A stretch of DNA of 34,830 bases from Chlamydiales bacterium (GTDB lineage Bacteria > Chlamydiota > Chlamydiia > Chlamydiales > JAACFD01): positions 1-34,830 of the forward strand of contig JAACFD010000001.1 in assembly GCA_009937555.1 (NCBI GenBank), in the 5' to 3' direction. A program made the position numbers and the translations under genes. Positions 16,872 to 24,520 of this stretch are shown here, in pieces (position 1 is the first letter of the stretch; each line of letters begins with the position of its first letter). The notes under the pieces are model-generated. The model was not told the origin of the DNA. It made no database searches and saw only the letters and a list, made by a program, of their open reading frames with translations.

Positions 16872-17588
16872 ATGAATAAAAAAATGCATGCTTCTTCATT
16901 AGCTTTATGTTTATTAACACCTATGCTGCTATCTGCGTCTGCTGCTACAGAGACAAGTACAGGAGCATCACAGCTTGATCTTCTTAAAGTATTTCAAGGA
17001 GCACCTATCATTTATACTTTATTAATAGCTATGTCTATTTTTGCTAGTGTTCTTTGGTTGTATAGCATGCTTACCTTTAAGATTGACCAGCTAATGCCTG
17101 ATCCTTTTGTGAAACAGCTGCGCTCTTTATTTGCTGAAAAACGCTATGAAGCTGCTCTTCAGGCCTGTAAAACTAACAGTTCTTTCTCATCAAAAATCAT
17201 GAGCTCTGCTCTTGAAGCTAGATCACTCGGTTCTCAAGCCATGATTGATACCATACATTCTGAAGGTCGCAGAATGGCGACTTTGCTTTGGCAGCGTATT
17301 TCAGTATTAAGCGATATTGCCACTATAGCCCCAATGTTTGGCCTTTTAGGAACTGTTATTGGAATGTTTTACGCTTTTTATGACACTTCTCAATCTTCCG
17401 AGTCTCTTGCTACTATTTTTGATGGCTTAGGGGTAGCCATAGGAACAACAGTTGCAGGACTTATTGTAGCTATTGTAGCTATGGTATTTTATACCACTCT
17501 CAAGTATAGAGTAGTTAAACTTATGAGTATCGTAGAAGATGAAGCTCTTTCTTTAGGAGCTTTAATATTAGATCAAAATAAGCAATAA
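16872..17588 (+). CDS. tolQ: MotA/TolQ/ExbB-family proton-channel protein
   Basis: DIATIAPMFGLLGTVIGMFYAF...IFDGLGVAIGTTVAGLIVAIVAMVFYTTLKYRV is the family signature. An N-terminal signal-like extension is present. TolQ versus ExbB cannot be decided from sequence alone. Confidence 0.85.
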   Translation: MNKKMHASSLALCLLTPMLLSASAATETSTGASQLDLLKVFQGAPIIYTLLIAMSIFASVLWLYSMLTFKIDQLMPDPFVKQLRSLFAEKRYEAALQACKTNSSFSSKIMSSALEARSLGSQAMIDTIHSEGRRMATLLWQRISVLSDIATIAPMFGLLGTVIGMFYAFYDTSQSSESLATIFDGLGVAIGTTVAGLIVAIVAMVFYTTLKYRVVKLMSIVEDEALSLGALILDQNKQ

Positions 17589-17608
17589 CACATAGCAGGC
17601 TGTCAATT

Positions 17609-18136
17609 ATGTCTTTTATTCCTGAAGAAGAAATGAAGAAAAGCATCGGGGTTAGTTTAGCTCCAATGATTGACTTTCTATTTTTGATGTTAGTCTTTTT
17701 TGCTTCACTTGCAGTATCTCGAGTTACTACTAAAGATACAGAGATAGAACTAGTTAAAATTAAAGAGGAAGTGGGCACCTCTTTATCACATGCTAATACT
17801 GACATCAAACTTATAAATGTTTCAGTCTTAAAAGATGGCAGCTATAAATGGGTTACTGAGCTTCGCGATTACCTAATGACTACGCCTGAAGAGATCGTAG
17901 ATGAGCTGAGTACTCAATATGATAAGGGAATGCTCCCTGACTCAAAGCAAAAAACTCACGTCTTATTAAAAGTAGATAAGCAGGCTCCATGGGAATCCAT
18001 AGCTAAATTAATTCATGTAATTAGGGGCTCAGGCTTTACTGAAGTGCGTCCATTATATGAGGTAGATAAACTTAACTCAACACAGTCAGCTCAAATGACT
18101 CAGCAAAGAGGTGAGGGACAGCATGCTTTTTCTTAA
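17609..18136 (+). CDS. tolR: ExbD/TolR-family protein
   Basis: The N-terminal SLAPMIDFLFLMLVFFASLAV (family pattern: ...TP.ID...VLL.FF) and the periplasmic VLLKVDKQAPWESIAKLIHVIRGSGFTEV both match. It follows tolQ after 20 nt. Confidence 0.8.
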   Translation: MSFIPEEEMKKSIGVSLAPMIDFLFLMLVFFASLAVSRVTTKDTEIELVKIKEEVGTSLSHANTDIKLINVSVLKDGSYKWVTELRDYLMTTPEEIVDELSTQYDKGMLPDSKQKTHVLLKVDKQAPWESIAKLIHVIRGSGFTEVRPLYEVDKLNSTQSAQMTQQRGEGQHAFS

Positions 18137-18245
18137 GCGTTTTACAATCTTACTCTTGTTTTTAAGCTGTATGTTCTGTTCTTGCCAGTCTAAAAGAGGC
18201 CTAGTACAAAAGCTTCCTTATCAGTTGCCAGCTACTGAAAAATAG
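18123..18245 (+). CDS. Candidate 40-aa secreted protein or lipoprotein overlapping the tolR stop (below ORF-track cutoff)
   Basis: The ATG at 18123 overlaps the last 14 nt of tolR. It translates to MLFLKRFTILLLFLSCMFCSCQSKRGLVQKLPYQLPATEK*, with a basic n-region, a hydrophobic core and Cys residues in lipobox-like contexts (FLSC / FCSC). Stop TAG at 18243-18245. Confidence 0.3.
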   Translation: MLFLKRFTILLLFLSCMFCSCQSKRGLVQKLPYQLPATEK

Positions 18246-18280
18246 CCCCTTTCTTAGTGCTATTTCCTTTCTTTTTTTTT
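18240..18280 (+). terminator. Probable rho-independent terminator of the LysM-tolQ-tolR unit
   Basis: Stem aaatagc (18240-18246) / gctattt (18259-18265) with a 12-nt loop. It is followed by cctttc plus a T9 run (18272-18280). The stem is AT-rich and weak. Confidence 0.35.
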
Positions 18281-18320
18281 AGCAAATTGACTAAACTCTC
18301 CCTTCAAAAGGAGCAAAGTT

Positions 18321-19148
18321 ATGTCAATGACCAGTGATTTAAATCAAACATCTCTCGGAAAAAAAACTGATTACACCTTTAAATATGCCCCATCTTTACT
18401 AGAAGCTATTCCTCGCTCACTTGCTAGAGAGCCAATGGGCATTAAAGAGCCCTTTGCTTTTGAAGGCTACGATATCTGGAATTCATATGAACTATCATGG
18501 CTTAACCCCAAAGGCGTGCCACAACTGGCGACACTAGAGATAACTGTCCCCTGCACAAGTCTTTGTCTGATTGAGTCTAAATCCCTTAAACTCTACTTAA
18601 ACTCATTCAACAACAGTTACTTCAAAGATAAGCAAGAAGTGCAAGACTGCATCAAAACAGATCTTGAAACCAAACTACAGCACAGCATAAGCTGCCAGTT
18701 AAAAGAACTTAGCAATACACCAACAAGCTTCGATAATTCAAAATACAGCTGCATTGATAAACAAGATATTACAGCAAGCTGCTATGAGACGAATAGCTCA
18801 TTGATTAAGATTAGTGATCCAGAAATTTGTAAGCAAAGCTATTACTCTGAACTTCTACGTTCTCGTTGCCCTGTAACAGGACAGCCTGACTGGGCAACTG
18901 TCTATATTGATACTGAAGGACCTAAGCTTTGTACTAAGGGCTTATTACAATACATTATATCCTTTCGTAATACCCAGGAATTTCACGAAACTTGTGTAGA
19001 AAAAATCTTCACAGACCTGCTTCAAGAAGCTAAAATGGAAAAGTTAATGGTTTATGCCAGATTTACAAGACGAGGTGGTATTGACATCAACCCACTGCGT
19101 GCCAACTTTCCAGTAGAAGTAGAAAATGAGAGAACTCATAGACAATAA
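18321..19148 (+). CDS. queF: NADPH-dependent 7-cyano-7-deazaguanine (preQ0) reductase, long (type II) form
   Basis: ESKSLKLYLNSFNN, LLRSRCPVTGQPDWATVYID, YIISFRNTQEFHETCVEKIFTDL and YARFTRRGGIDINP all match the E. coli-type QueF blocks, including the catalytic Cys. Confidence 0.93.
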   Translation: MSMTSDLNQTSLGKKTDYTFKYAPSLLEAIPRSLAREPMGIKEPFAFEGYDIWNSYELSWLNPKGVPQLATLEITVPCTSLCLIESKSLKLYLNSFNNSYFKDKQEVQDCIKTDLETKLQHSISCQLKELSNTPTSFDNSKYSCIDKQDITASCYETNSSLIKISDPEICKQSYYSELLRSRCPVTGQPDWATVYIDTEGPKLCTKGLLQYIISFRNTQEFHETCVEKIFTDLLQEAKMEKLMVYARFTRRGGIDINPLRANFPVEVENERTHRQ

Positions 19149-19183
19149 AGTAAAAAACTTATATCTATATTGCTTTTAGGCTG

Positions 19184-20578
19184 ATGCCATCAAGGTTTTA
19201 TGTAATGAAAAAAATTCTCTTTAGTATTCTTTTAGTTTTTGTTTCTCTTCCCTTTGCTTGGGGAAACCTAAAAACTTTAAAAGTAGGTGTTCTGCTCCCT
19301 CTATCAGGACCTTTATCAAACCAAGGGCAAGCTCAATTAGCTGCTATAAAATTAGCACAAGACGATGTAAACCAGTTTTTTTCAAACATACAGCTATCTC
19401 AACGAGTATCTTTGATTATTGAAGATTCTGAAGGTAATCCTCAACGAGCCTTATCTCGTTTGAAGAAAATGCGCCACCAAGAAGTAAGACTTGTTATAGG
19501 GCCTAACACAAGTGCTTGTGTAAAAGACTGCCTGGATTATGCGAACCGTGCTAGAATGATCCTAATCAGCCCTTCTTCCACTACACCTAGACTTGCTAAC
19601 CCTAGGGATAACTTAATACGACTCAGTATTAACGATGAAGGCCAAGCTGAAGCTTTAGCTATGACATGTAACAAGCAAGGTATCTCACAACTTGTTTCAC
19701 TTACAAGAGACGATATCTGGGGCAACGAACTACATAAGCTCATTAAAGAAAAGCTACGCAAGCAGGAAGGACTTGTTTTTGCAAATGTCCTCTACCCTCC
19801 TGATGAGAAAGACTTCTCTTTAAAACTACAACAGCTCAGGTACCTTGTTGAAGATGCTATTCACCATCATGGGCCAGATAAAATTGCTGTTCAGTTTTCA
19901 GGCTTTGATGAAGGTGTTGAGATTTTTAAACTAGCTAAACAAGACCCCATTCTATCTTCAGTAAAGTGGTTTGGGAGTGATGGCTTTGTAAAAACGCCTG
20001 CCCTCAACCAAAGCCCTGAAGCCCTAGACTTTGCCCTACAAGTTCACTATGAAAGCCCTCTTTTTGAAGTGATGGAAGATCAAGCCTACCTATTCGAACA
20101 GTTTCAAGAGAGAATGGCAAATAAAGGCTTTTATAATGTTGATGTCTATGTAGGTAACGCATACGACTCTTTATGGATTGCTAGCTTAGCATCGCTTGGG
20201 CAAAACAAGCGGAGCAATGTGAAGGCCTGGAAAAAGGCTATTGATAGCGCTACATCACATAACCTGGGAATTACAGGCTGGTCAATTCTAAATGAAAATG
20301 GAGACCGAACAACAGGCGATTTTATTACTTGGGAAGCAAGCTCTACGACAATACCTGGTCAATTTGCCTGGAAACCAGGTATGCGCTTTAAAAAGGATCT
20401 TGTTGATAAAGACAATAATTCAAGCCAAATGGCTCGCACCACCCCTCTACCTTCCTATAAAACCCAAAATGACTATCGCTCACCTGCAGAAGAGGTAAGT
20501 GTAGCAAAAAAACTTGAAGACTCTACTCAAAGAATTAGAAAAATTAGCAATACCTCTAGCGGCAGGTTTTACCAGTAA
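19184..20578 (+). CDS. Type-1 periplasmic binding protein (LivJ/ANF-receptor-like), no cognate permease nearby
   Basis: Signal peptide MKKILFSILLVFVSLPFAWG, so the likely true start is ATG 19205. LKVGVLLPLSGPLSNQGQAQLAAIKLAQDDVN is the typical N-terminal block of branched-chain-amino-acid-type binding proteins. The last roughly 60 aa look low-complexity. Confidence 0.65.
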   Translation: MPSRFYVMKKILFSILLVFVSLPFAWGNLKTLKVGVLLPLSGPLSNQGQAQLAAIKLAQDDVNQFFSNIQLSQRVSLIIEDSEGNPQRALSRLKKMRHQEVRLVIGPNTSACVKDCLDYANRARMILISPSSTTPRLANPRDNLIRLSINDEGQAEALAMTCNKQGISQLVSLTRDDIWGNELHKLIKEKLRKQEGLVFANVLYPPDEKDFSLKLQQLRYLVEDAIHHHGPDKIAVQFSGFDEGVEIFKLAKQDPILSSVKWFGSDGFVKTPALNQSPEALDFALQVHYESPLFEVMEDQAYLFEQFQERMANKGFYNVDVYVGNAYDSLWIASLASLGQNKRSNVKAWKKAIDSATSHNLGITGWSILNENGDRTTGDFITWEASSTTIPGQFAWKPGMRFKKDLVDKDNNSSQMARTTPLPSYKTQNDYRSPAEEVSVAKKLEDSTQRIRKISNTSSGRFYQ

Positions 20579-20599
20579 CATTCTAAGAAGGGCTCTTTT

Positions 20600-22108
20600 A
20601 TGCGCTTGGTTTATCTTCTACTTTTTTCTCTATCACTCACTGCTTGTGGAGTAAACCCTGTTACGGGCAAACATGAGCTTCAACTCACTTCTGAAAAAGA
20701 AGAGATTGCTATTGGAGAGAAAAACTTTGAATCTCTGCAACAAGTTTTAGGTGGGCCTTATAACGCAGACCCTAAAGCACAGGACTACTTACAAAAAGTA
20801 GGCAAAAAACTGGTTAAAGTTTCAGATAGACCCCACCTTCCCTATGAATTTATTTTAGTAAATAGTTCTGAGATCAATGCAGCTACCCTACCTGGAGGAA
20901 AAATTGTAGTTAATCGGGGGATTCTAACTAAACTGCATAATGAGGCGGAGCTTGCCGCTCTTCTGGGCCACGAAATTGTCCATGCAGCTGCAAGGCATAG
21001 CGCTAATGGCATGGACAACAGCATGCTATTATCACTGATTCAAACAGGTGTAGCAGAAGGCTTTAAATCTCAGGATGCTAGTATTCAAGAGATCATTAAT
21101 AGAACATCCGCTATCAGTTCACATCTATTAGAAAAGCAGTATAGCCGCAGACAAGAGTTTGAAGCCGATAAGTATGGTATGAAATATATGGCCCTAGCAG
21201 GGTATAACACAGACGCAGCTGTAGACTTACAAAGAATGTTTGTTGATCTATCTAAAGGTCAAGATGAATCTTGGGCAACAGGTCTATTACGTACTCACCC
21301 TCCTTCAAGAAAAAGAGTAGAAGCAAATCTACAAAACCAAGCCCTGTACCCTAAGCATGATTTTATGGGACATGTAGACTATCAAAATAACCTAAAAACC
21401 TTGTTCAAAAATGCCTTTGCCTATGAGCTTCATGATAAAGCTATTTCTAGCAAAAGCCCTGAAAAAGCAAGGCAGTGGATTCAAGAAGCTATAAAGCAAG
21501 AGCCTAACGAGGCTCTTTTTCATGCTAGCTTAGCAAGAATATACCAAACTGAAGGTAAAAGGCATAAAGCACTTAAATCTATTGAGAAAGCGCTTAAACT
21601 TAACTACAACTATTATGATTTTCACTTACTATATGCTCAACTTAACTTCGATGCCCAAAACACCACACTAGCTAAAAAACACTTTATAAAAAGTGCAAAA
21701 CTTCTTGATACCCCTGTAGCCCACTACTTTTTAGGTAAGATTTATGAAACAGAGAGTGATACTTACCTTGCAAAAGCTCACTATAAAGTCGCAGCACAGA
21801 TAGATTCAGACTTTTCCTCTAAAGCAGCTTTTAGGTACGCAGAGCTAGACTTCCCTGATAATCCACAGGTCTATGTCCATATTGCCCCCTATATAAAAGA
21901 TGATAAAATATGGTATCGAATTCGATCTAAAGCACCTATGAAAACTACTGAGCTTAAAGTAACTGTCTTTGCTGGTAAGCAACTTCTTGAAACCTTCTAT
22001 CTGCCTAGTTTAGAGCCTGATACTGCAGTGGATCATCTTGCTAAGCTTCCCTTGTCACTAGAACGCTTAGAGCAGGCGCATTTACGCTTTAGCTTGCAGC
22101 CTTTTTAG
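20600..22108 (+). CDS. M48-family zinc metalloprotease lipoprotein with C-terminal TPR region (BepA/LoiP-like)
   Basis: Canonical lipobox MRLVYLLLFSLSLTAC. HExxH in LLGHEIVHAAARH with a downstream EFEADKYG third-ligand region. The C-terminal part has TPR-like repeats (ALFHASLARIYQTEGKRHKALKSIEKALKLN..., AHYFLGKIYETESDTYLAKAHYKVAAQID). Confidence 0.85.
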   Translation: MRLVYLLLFSLSLTACGVNPVTGKHELQLTSEKEEIAIGEKNFESLQQVLGGPYNADPKAQDYLQKVGKKLVKVSDRPHLPYEFILVNSSEINAATLPGGKIVVNRGILTKLHNEAELAALLGHEIVHAAARHSANGMDNSMLLSLIQTGVAEGFKSQDASIQEIINRTSAISSHLLEKQYSRRQEFEADKYGMKYMALAGYNTDAAVDLQRMFVDLSKGQDESWATGLLRTHPPSRKRVEANLQNQALYPKHDFMGHVDYQNNLKTLFKNAFAYELHDKAISSKSPEKARQWIQEAIKQEPNEALFHASLARIYQTEGKRHKALKSIEKALKLNYNYYDFHLLYAQLNFDAQNTTLAKKHFIKSAKLLDTPVAHYFLGKIYETESDTYLAKAHYKVAAQIDSDFSSKAAFRYAELDFPDNPQVYVHIAPYIKDDKIWYRIRSKAPMKTTELKVTVFAGKQLLETFYLPSLEPDTAVDHLAKLPLSLERLEQAHLRFSLQPF

Positions 22109-22169
22109 CTTTTTTCTTTATCTTTACCCTCTTTCTTGGCTACAATTGCTCTAGCAAAAAGGAAGTTAT

Positions 22170-23156
22170 ATGACCCATACTACTCTCAGAGAGCTTAATA
22201 GTACTCAGTTTAAGCAATATTACGATACAATTAGTCACTTTTTAGATAAAACTCCCCTCCTTCGTTTTAGCTCTTTAGAGAAGAAGCTAAAGGTAGGACA
22301 AAGAATTTTTTTAAAGTGCGAAAACTCACAAGTGACAGGCAGTTTTAAAATACGAGCAGCCTATGGTGCTTTAGCAAGCCTAAGCAAAGAAGAAAGAGAC
22401 GTGGGTGTTGTCTCTCGATCATCAGGAAATTTTGGTCAGGCTTTAGCCTATGCTAGTAGAGAGCAAAATATATTCTGCCACATTGTAGTACCTACTAACT
22501 GCCCTGAATTTAAAGTAAACAAAATCAAAAGCTATACTGACACTGTAACTATAAAAGGAGCCACTCACCAAGAAGGTTATGAATATGTCAATAGCTTGGT
22601 TGCAAGAGATGGCCTTAGCCCCCTTTCCCCTTATAATCACTATGGAGTGATGTTAGCTAATGGTAGCCTAGCCTTTGAAGTTTTACAAGATTGTCCTAAT
22701 ATCTCTACACTATTCGCACCTGTTGGAGGTGGGGGTTTAATGGCAGGAATTAGCTCTGTAATGAAACTACACAACCCGGCTTGCCAGATGATTGCTGTTG
22801 AACCAAGACTTGCCAATGACTTCCAGGAATCCTTCTCTCAAAAAAGCCTTCTATCTAAAGATGGTTTAGCTACTATAGCAGATGGATTAAGAGCTCCTCA
22901 TGTAGGAGAGAAAGAATGGCCCATTTTACTTAAAAATGTAGACCACGCCACTAATGTCACAGAAGATGAGATTAGGCTAGCAATGAAACTGTTATACCAA
23001 GAGCTCAAAATTGTAGCTGAACCTTCAGGAGCAACAGCCCTAGCAGGGCTTATTGCTTCAGCAAATAGTGGACTTCTCCAAGAAAGCGAAGGAGATATCG
23101 TAGTGGTTATTAGTGGGGGCAATATTGCTCCCGAGGATTTCTTCTCTTTAATTTAA
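22170..23156 (+). CDS. PLP-dependent fold-type II enzyme: threonine/serine dehydratase or serine-racemase-like
   Basis: ENSQVTGSFKIRAAYGAL contains the PLP-lysine motif. Also present are SSGNFGQALAYA, the glycine loop APVGGGGLMAGI and AEPSGATALAGL. At 328 aa it has no regulatory ACT domain. Confidence 0.8.
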   Translation: MTHTTLRELNSTQFKQYYDTISHFLDKTPLLRFSSLEKKLKVGQRIFLKCENSQVTGSFKIRAAYGALASLSKEERDVGVVSRSSGNFGQALAYASREQNIFCHIVVPTNCPEFKVNKIKSYTDTVTIKGATHQEGYEYVNSLVARDGLSPLSPYNHYGVMLANGSLAFEVLQDCPNISTLFAPVGGGGLMAGISSVMKLHNPACQMIAVEPRLANDFQESFSQKSLLSKDGLATIADGLRAPHVGEKEWPILLKNVDHATNVTEDEIRLAMKLLYQELKIVAEPSGATALAGLIASANSGLLQESEGDIVVVISGGNIAPEDFFSLI

Positions 23157-23173
23157 TCTAAAGCTAGTGTGCT

Positions 23174-23839
23174 ATGTGTGGACGTTTTATCTCAATTAGC
23201 CAAGAAAATGAGCTTATTAAGAATTTTTCAATAACTGAGACTAAAAATGATCATATAAATAGCTATAATTTTTGTCCCCAGGACTTGAGTAGTATTGTGA
23301 TTGAGGAAAAAGAGAGGCGGCAACTCGAGTTAGCCAGGTGGGGCTTTGCTATTAACCCCTCTCACTTTACAATCAATGCACGCCTTGAAAGTCTGGTAAA
23401 TAAAAGCTGTTTCCAAAAAGCTTTTAAGTGGCAGCGATGCTTACTACCTGCTAATGGATTTTATGAATGGGAGGAAAAAGGAAGTGCTAAACAGCCCTAC
23501 TTTGTTTCTCTAGAAAGAACAAAACTTTTTGCATTTGCTGGCTTATACAACATATGCCCAAAGAGTCTTTCTAAGAGCTTTTGTATTGTTACTTGCCCTG
23601 CTAAAAAAAGCTTGAGAAAACTACACTCTAGAATGCCACTAATCTTATCCTCTAAAGCCATGCAAGATTTATGGTTAAAACTAGAACAAACTCCCTCATT
23701 GGAACTCTTGCTTAAAGAAGCGCTTAAGCTGCCCTTAAACTATTATGCTGTTAGCAGTAAAGTAAATAAAAGATCTAGTGATAGCCCCGACTGCATCCAA
23801 AAAGTAAGTCCTGAGCTACAGTATGATTTATTTAACTAA
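23174..23839 (+). CDS. yedK: SOS-response-associated peptidase (SRAP; YedK/HMCES family), abasic-site DNA-protein crosslink sensor
   Basis: Starts MCGRF (catalytic Cys2). Also has ARWGF, LLPANGFYEW, FAFAGLY and LHSRMPLIL (H.RMP), all SRAP hallmarks. Confidence 0.9.
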   Translation: MCGRFISISQENELIKNFSITETKNDHINSYNFCPQDLSSIVIEEKERRQLELARWGFAINPSHFTINARLESLVNKSCFQKAFKWQRCLLPANGFYEWEEKGSAKQPYFVSLERTKLFAFAGLYNICPKSLSKSFCIVTCPAKKSLRKLHSRMPLILSSKAMQDLWLKLEQTPSLELLLKEALKLPLNYYAVSSKVNKRSSDSPDCIQKVSPELQYDLFN

Positions 23840-23877
23840 AAAAAGGGCTCAAACATTTTATCATAAACGTTTGAGCC
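23839..23877 (-). terminator. Rho-independent terminator for the 98-aa minus-strand gene (shared convergent terminator region with yedK)
   Basis: 9-bp stem ggctcaaac (23846-23854) / gtttgagcc (23869-23877). On the minus strand the hairpin is followed by a U7 run (complement of A7 at 23839-23845). The loop is long (14 nt). Confidence 0.5.
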
Positions 23878-23901
23878 TATCGAAATGACGGTATACTATT
23901 G

Positions 23902-24198
23902 TTACCGCTCTCCATCCTCTTTCAATATATTATGTGCAATAATCCTGCTTAAAACTACTTGCTCCCCTTTAGGGTCAAACTTAAACTTGTAAAGCTGGCC
24001 TTTATGTGCAAACGCTCCACCATTTATACCCTGAGCTTTTTCCTTATCTACCTGCTCCCTAGCTTTGTTAATAGGCTCTGCAAAGCCCCTTTTTTTGAAA
24101 AATTCGGTGTATACCTTGAGCTTACTGCATTGAGATAATTCTTCTTCTTTCTGCTCAAGCTTGTGGTTGATTAAGTCTATGTCAGCTCTTTCAATCAT
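23902..24198 (-). CDS. Hypothetical protein (98 aa)
   Basis: ORF with its own terminator, divergent from the 434-aa orphan gene. No motif recognised. Confidence 0.45.
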   Translation of the reverse strand: MIERADIDLINHKLEQKEEELSQCSKLKVYTEFFKKRGFAEPINKAREQVDKEKAQGINGGAFAHKGQLYKFKFDPKGEQVVLSRIIAHNILKEDGER

Positions 24199-24520
24199 GG
24201 AAAATCATGGCCTCTTCTTTTTTTATTAAATAGCATCCTAGGGAAAAAATATTAAGATTTTTTTAAGCCTCTTACAAAAAAGAGGCATCCTCCCCCAGTA
24301 AAAAACGAATAATCATAGCTTTTTACAACCTAGCTTTATCTTGATTAGTTATTATTTAAATATTTAATTATCATTTACATACGTACTGTAAGATTGTTAA
24401 CAATTAAGTTAATCATAGCTAAGCTACAGATAAGGATCTGCTTAGTTAAATACTAGAGACAAGCATACAGAAAAAGCTCTAGTAAAGACAGTCTAATATA
24501 TCTTAAAAGGAGGAAAAGAT

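Noticed and set aside
18246-18320. Possible preQ1 riboswitch upstream of queF.
   Set aside because: The region lacks the compact P1 stem, C-rich loop and A-rich tail of preQ1-I/II/III aptamers. Only a 4-bp CUCC/GGAG pairing near the SD is present. The T9 run is better explained as the U-tract of the preceding terminator, not a phase-variable tract.
23902-24198. 98-aa protein as a type III secretion chaperone for the divergent 434-aa effector candidate.
   Set aside because: A hand count gives 19 K/R against 17 D/E, so the protein is not acidic as class I chaperones usually are. There is no recognisable chaperone fold signature, and the genes are divergent rather than co-transcribed.
24194-24210. 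Duplicated ATCATGG giving a 5-codon mini-uORF (MIFHD*) overlapping the start of the 98-aa gene.
   Set aside because: It is too short and has no SD of its own. The duplication is only 7 nt, and nothing distinguishes it from chance.
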